Source: Octopus bimaculoides
Taxonomy: Eukaryota
Direction: 5' to 3'
Length of the DNA: 46,745 nt
NCBI RefSeq assembly: GCF_001194135.2
Contig: NC_068999.1
Location: 47,798,000-47,844,744, forward strand
The notes below the pieces were generated by a model. It made no database searches. It was not told the origin of the DNA and saw only the letters and a program-made list of their open reading frames with translations. The position numbers and the translations under genes were made by a program. This document shows, in pieces, positions 45,849-46,745 of this stretch (position 1 is its first letter; every line of letters begins with the position of its first letter).

Positions 45849-46024
45849 TTGTGTTTGGATGTATCATATATAATGTGGTTCGTCGAATTTGGGCACTGTC
45901 CTCCTTGACACAGACAGTTGATAACTCGGCGTTCAGTTTTTTGCCTTTTTCCATTTACTGTCTTGGTGAATGAATAGACGTCGGCACAAACAGTACTTTC
46001 ACTCAAACATGGAGAGCTACTTCG
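45849..46024 (-). CDS. aos: Argos-like gene exon (RSSSPCLSESTVC...CLCQGGQCPNSTNHIIYDTSKH)
   Basis: TTTTCTTATTTCAG| 176 nt, phase 0-2, |GTAAAT. Cys spacing and CPNS..HIIYD.SKH resemble Argos domain 1 (GCPSS..GHTIADKTRHY). The signal-peptide exon was not found in the window. Confidence 0.8.
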
Positions 46025-46079
46025 CTGAAATAAGAAAAGTATGACTTACGTTGACGAAAAGAAGAAAATTGGTCATATA

Positions 46080-46560
46080 TAAGGTGTGTCCTAAAACAGA
46101 ACGAACTTTTAAAACGGTGCGGTAACCTTCTGGTGCAGCATGCTCATGATTGAATACGGTTGGTGTTTATCTTAAGTCTAATGACAGCCAAGCCACGCTC
46201 ACGTCAGATAGTAATCGATCCACTCATGCTAGAATGAATGTATGTTTAGAATAATTGGCGATTTGCAGTAAGAAGAGCAGTAAAAGACCAGAAAATACAA
46301 AATGCTTGTGTGAAATTCAATTATAAATCGGGAAAGACTTTAACAAAAGCTTTCCTCATGTTGGGTGGAAGGATTGTTTGAGCTAATGCATGCAATGGTA
46401 CAAGTGATACCAGCGTTTCAAATCAGAAACCACCACTGAAGAGAGTATTCTAAGTCCAGACGACCTTTCACACTAACGACCGACGATCACATTGTGATAC
46501 ATGCTGTAACCCGTTAAAATCATCGTCATGAAGTTTCTCGTGGTATTTGCCAAAGATCGT
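46080..46560 (+). mobile_element. Degraded mariner transposase N-terminal remnant
   Basis: ACVKFNYKSGKTLTKAFLML and QW..RFKS...RRPFT.TTDDH resemble the mariner HTH region (CIKFC.KLGKTATET..ML; W..RFK.G..SGRP.T). Confidence 0.7.
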
Positions 46561-46745
46561 GCCCCGTGGTTTTAAAAGAAAGTTTTCATATGTTTCTTTT
46601 GTTGTATGATTTGTTGCGTTTGTTGACAGAGGAATAAAGAGAACAGATTCACGGGCAATCAGGAGCTGTTTGATTGTTTAAAAAACCGATGAAAACTTTC
46701 TGCAAAATGTCATAACGAATGCCGAAGCGAGGTGTATGACAATGT

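Noticed and set aside
46045-46050. GTAAGT donor just upstream of the Argos-like acceptor
   Set aside because: It would define an intron of only ~26 nt, too short to splice.

Overview
AT-rich, microsatellite- and SINE-dense eukaryotic scaffold with six large N gaps. The repeat repertoire looks like an octopus (coleoid cephalopod) genome; this is inferred from the repeats, not established. Well-supported genes: a FAM124-family gene (minus, large exon 13045-13970), an intronless proteasome alpha-7 subunit PSMA3 (minus, 26147-26905), a 4-exon MMGT1/EMC5 (plus, 28889-33340, absent from the ORF track) and a single-exon-CDS tartan/capricious-like LRR transmembrane protein (minus, 35386-36930). Manual splicing reveals a hidden multi-exon Argos/giant-lens-like Cys-rich gene (minus, exons at 46024-45849, 44603-44495, 43381-43259, 42329-42315) that appears to have only two of the three Argos domains. 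There is also an unrecognised, probably secreted peptide exon with tandem CX3C-X6-CX3C motifs (plus, 9755-10111). A stop-free 70-codon fragment of a restriction-like-endonuclease retrotransposon lies in frame directly after the LRR gene stop codon. The rest is RTE, CR1/L2-like and R4/Dong-like LINE remnants, Tc1/mariner and hAT remnants, several MITEs with visible TIRs and TSDs, and at least three tRNA-derived SINE families. All family assignments come from recalled motifs; no database search was run.
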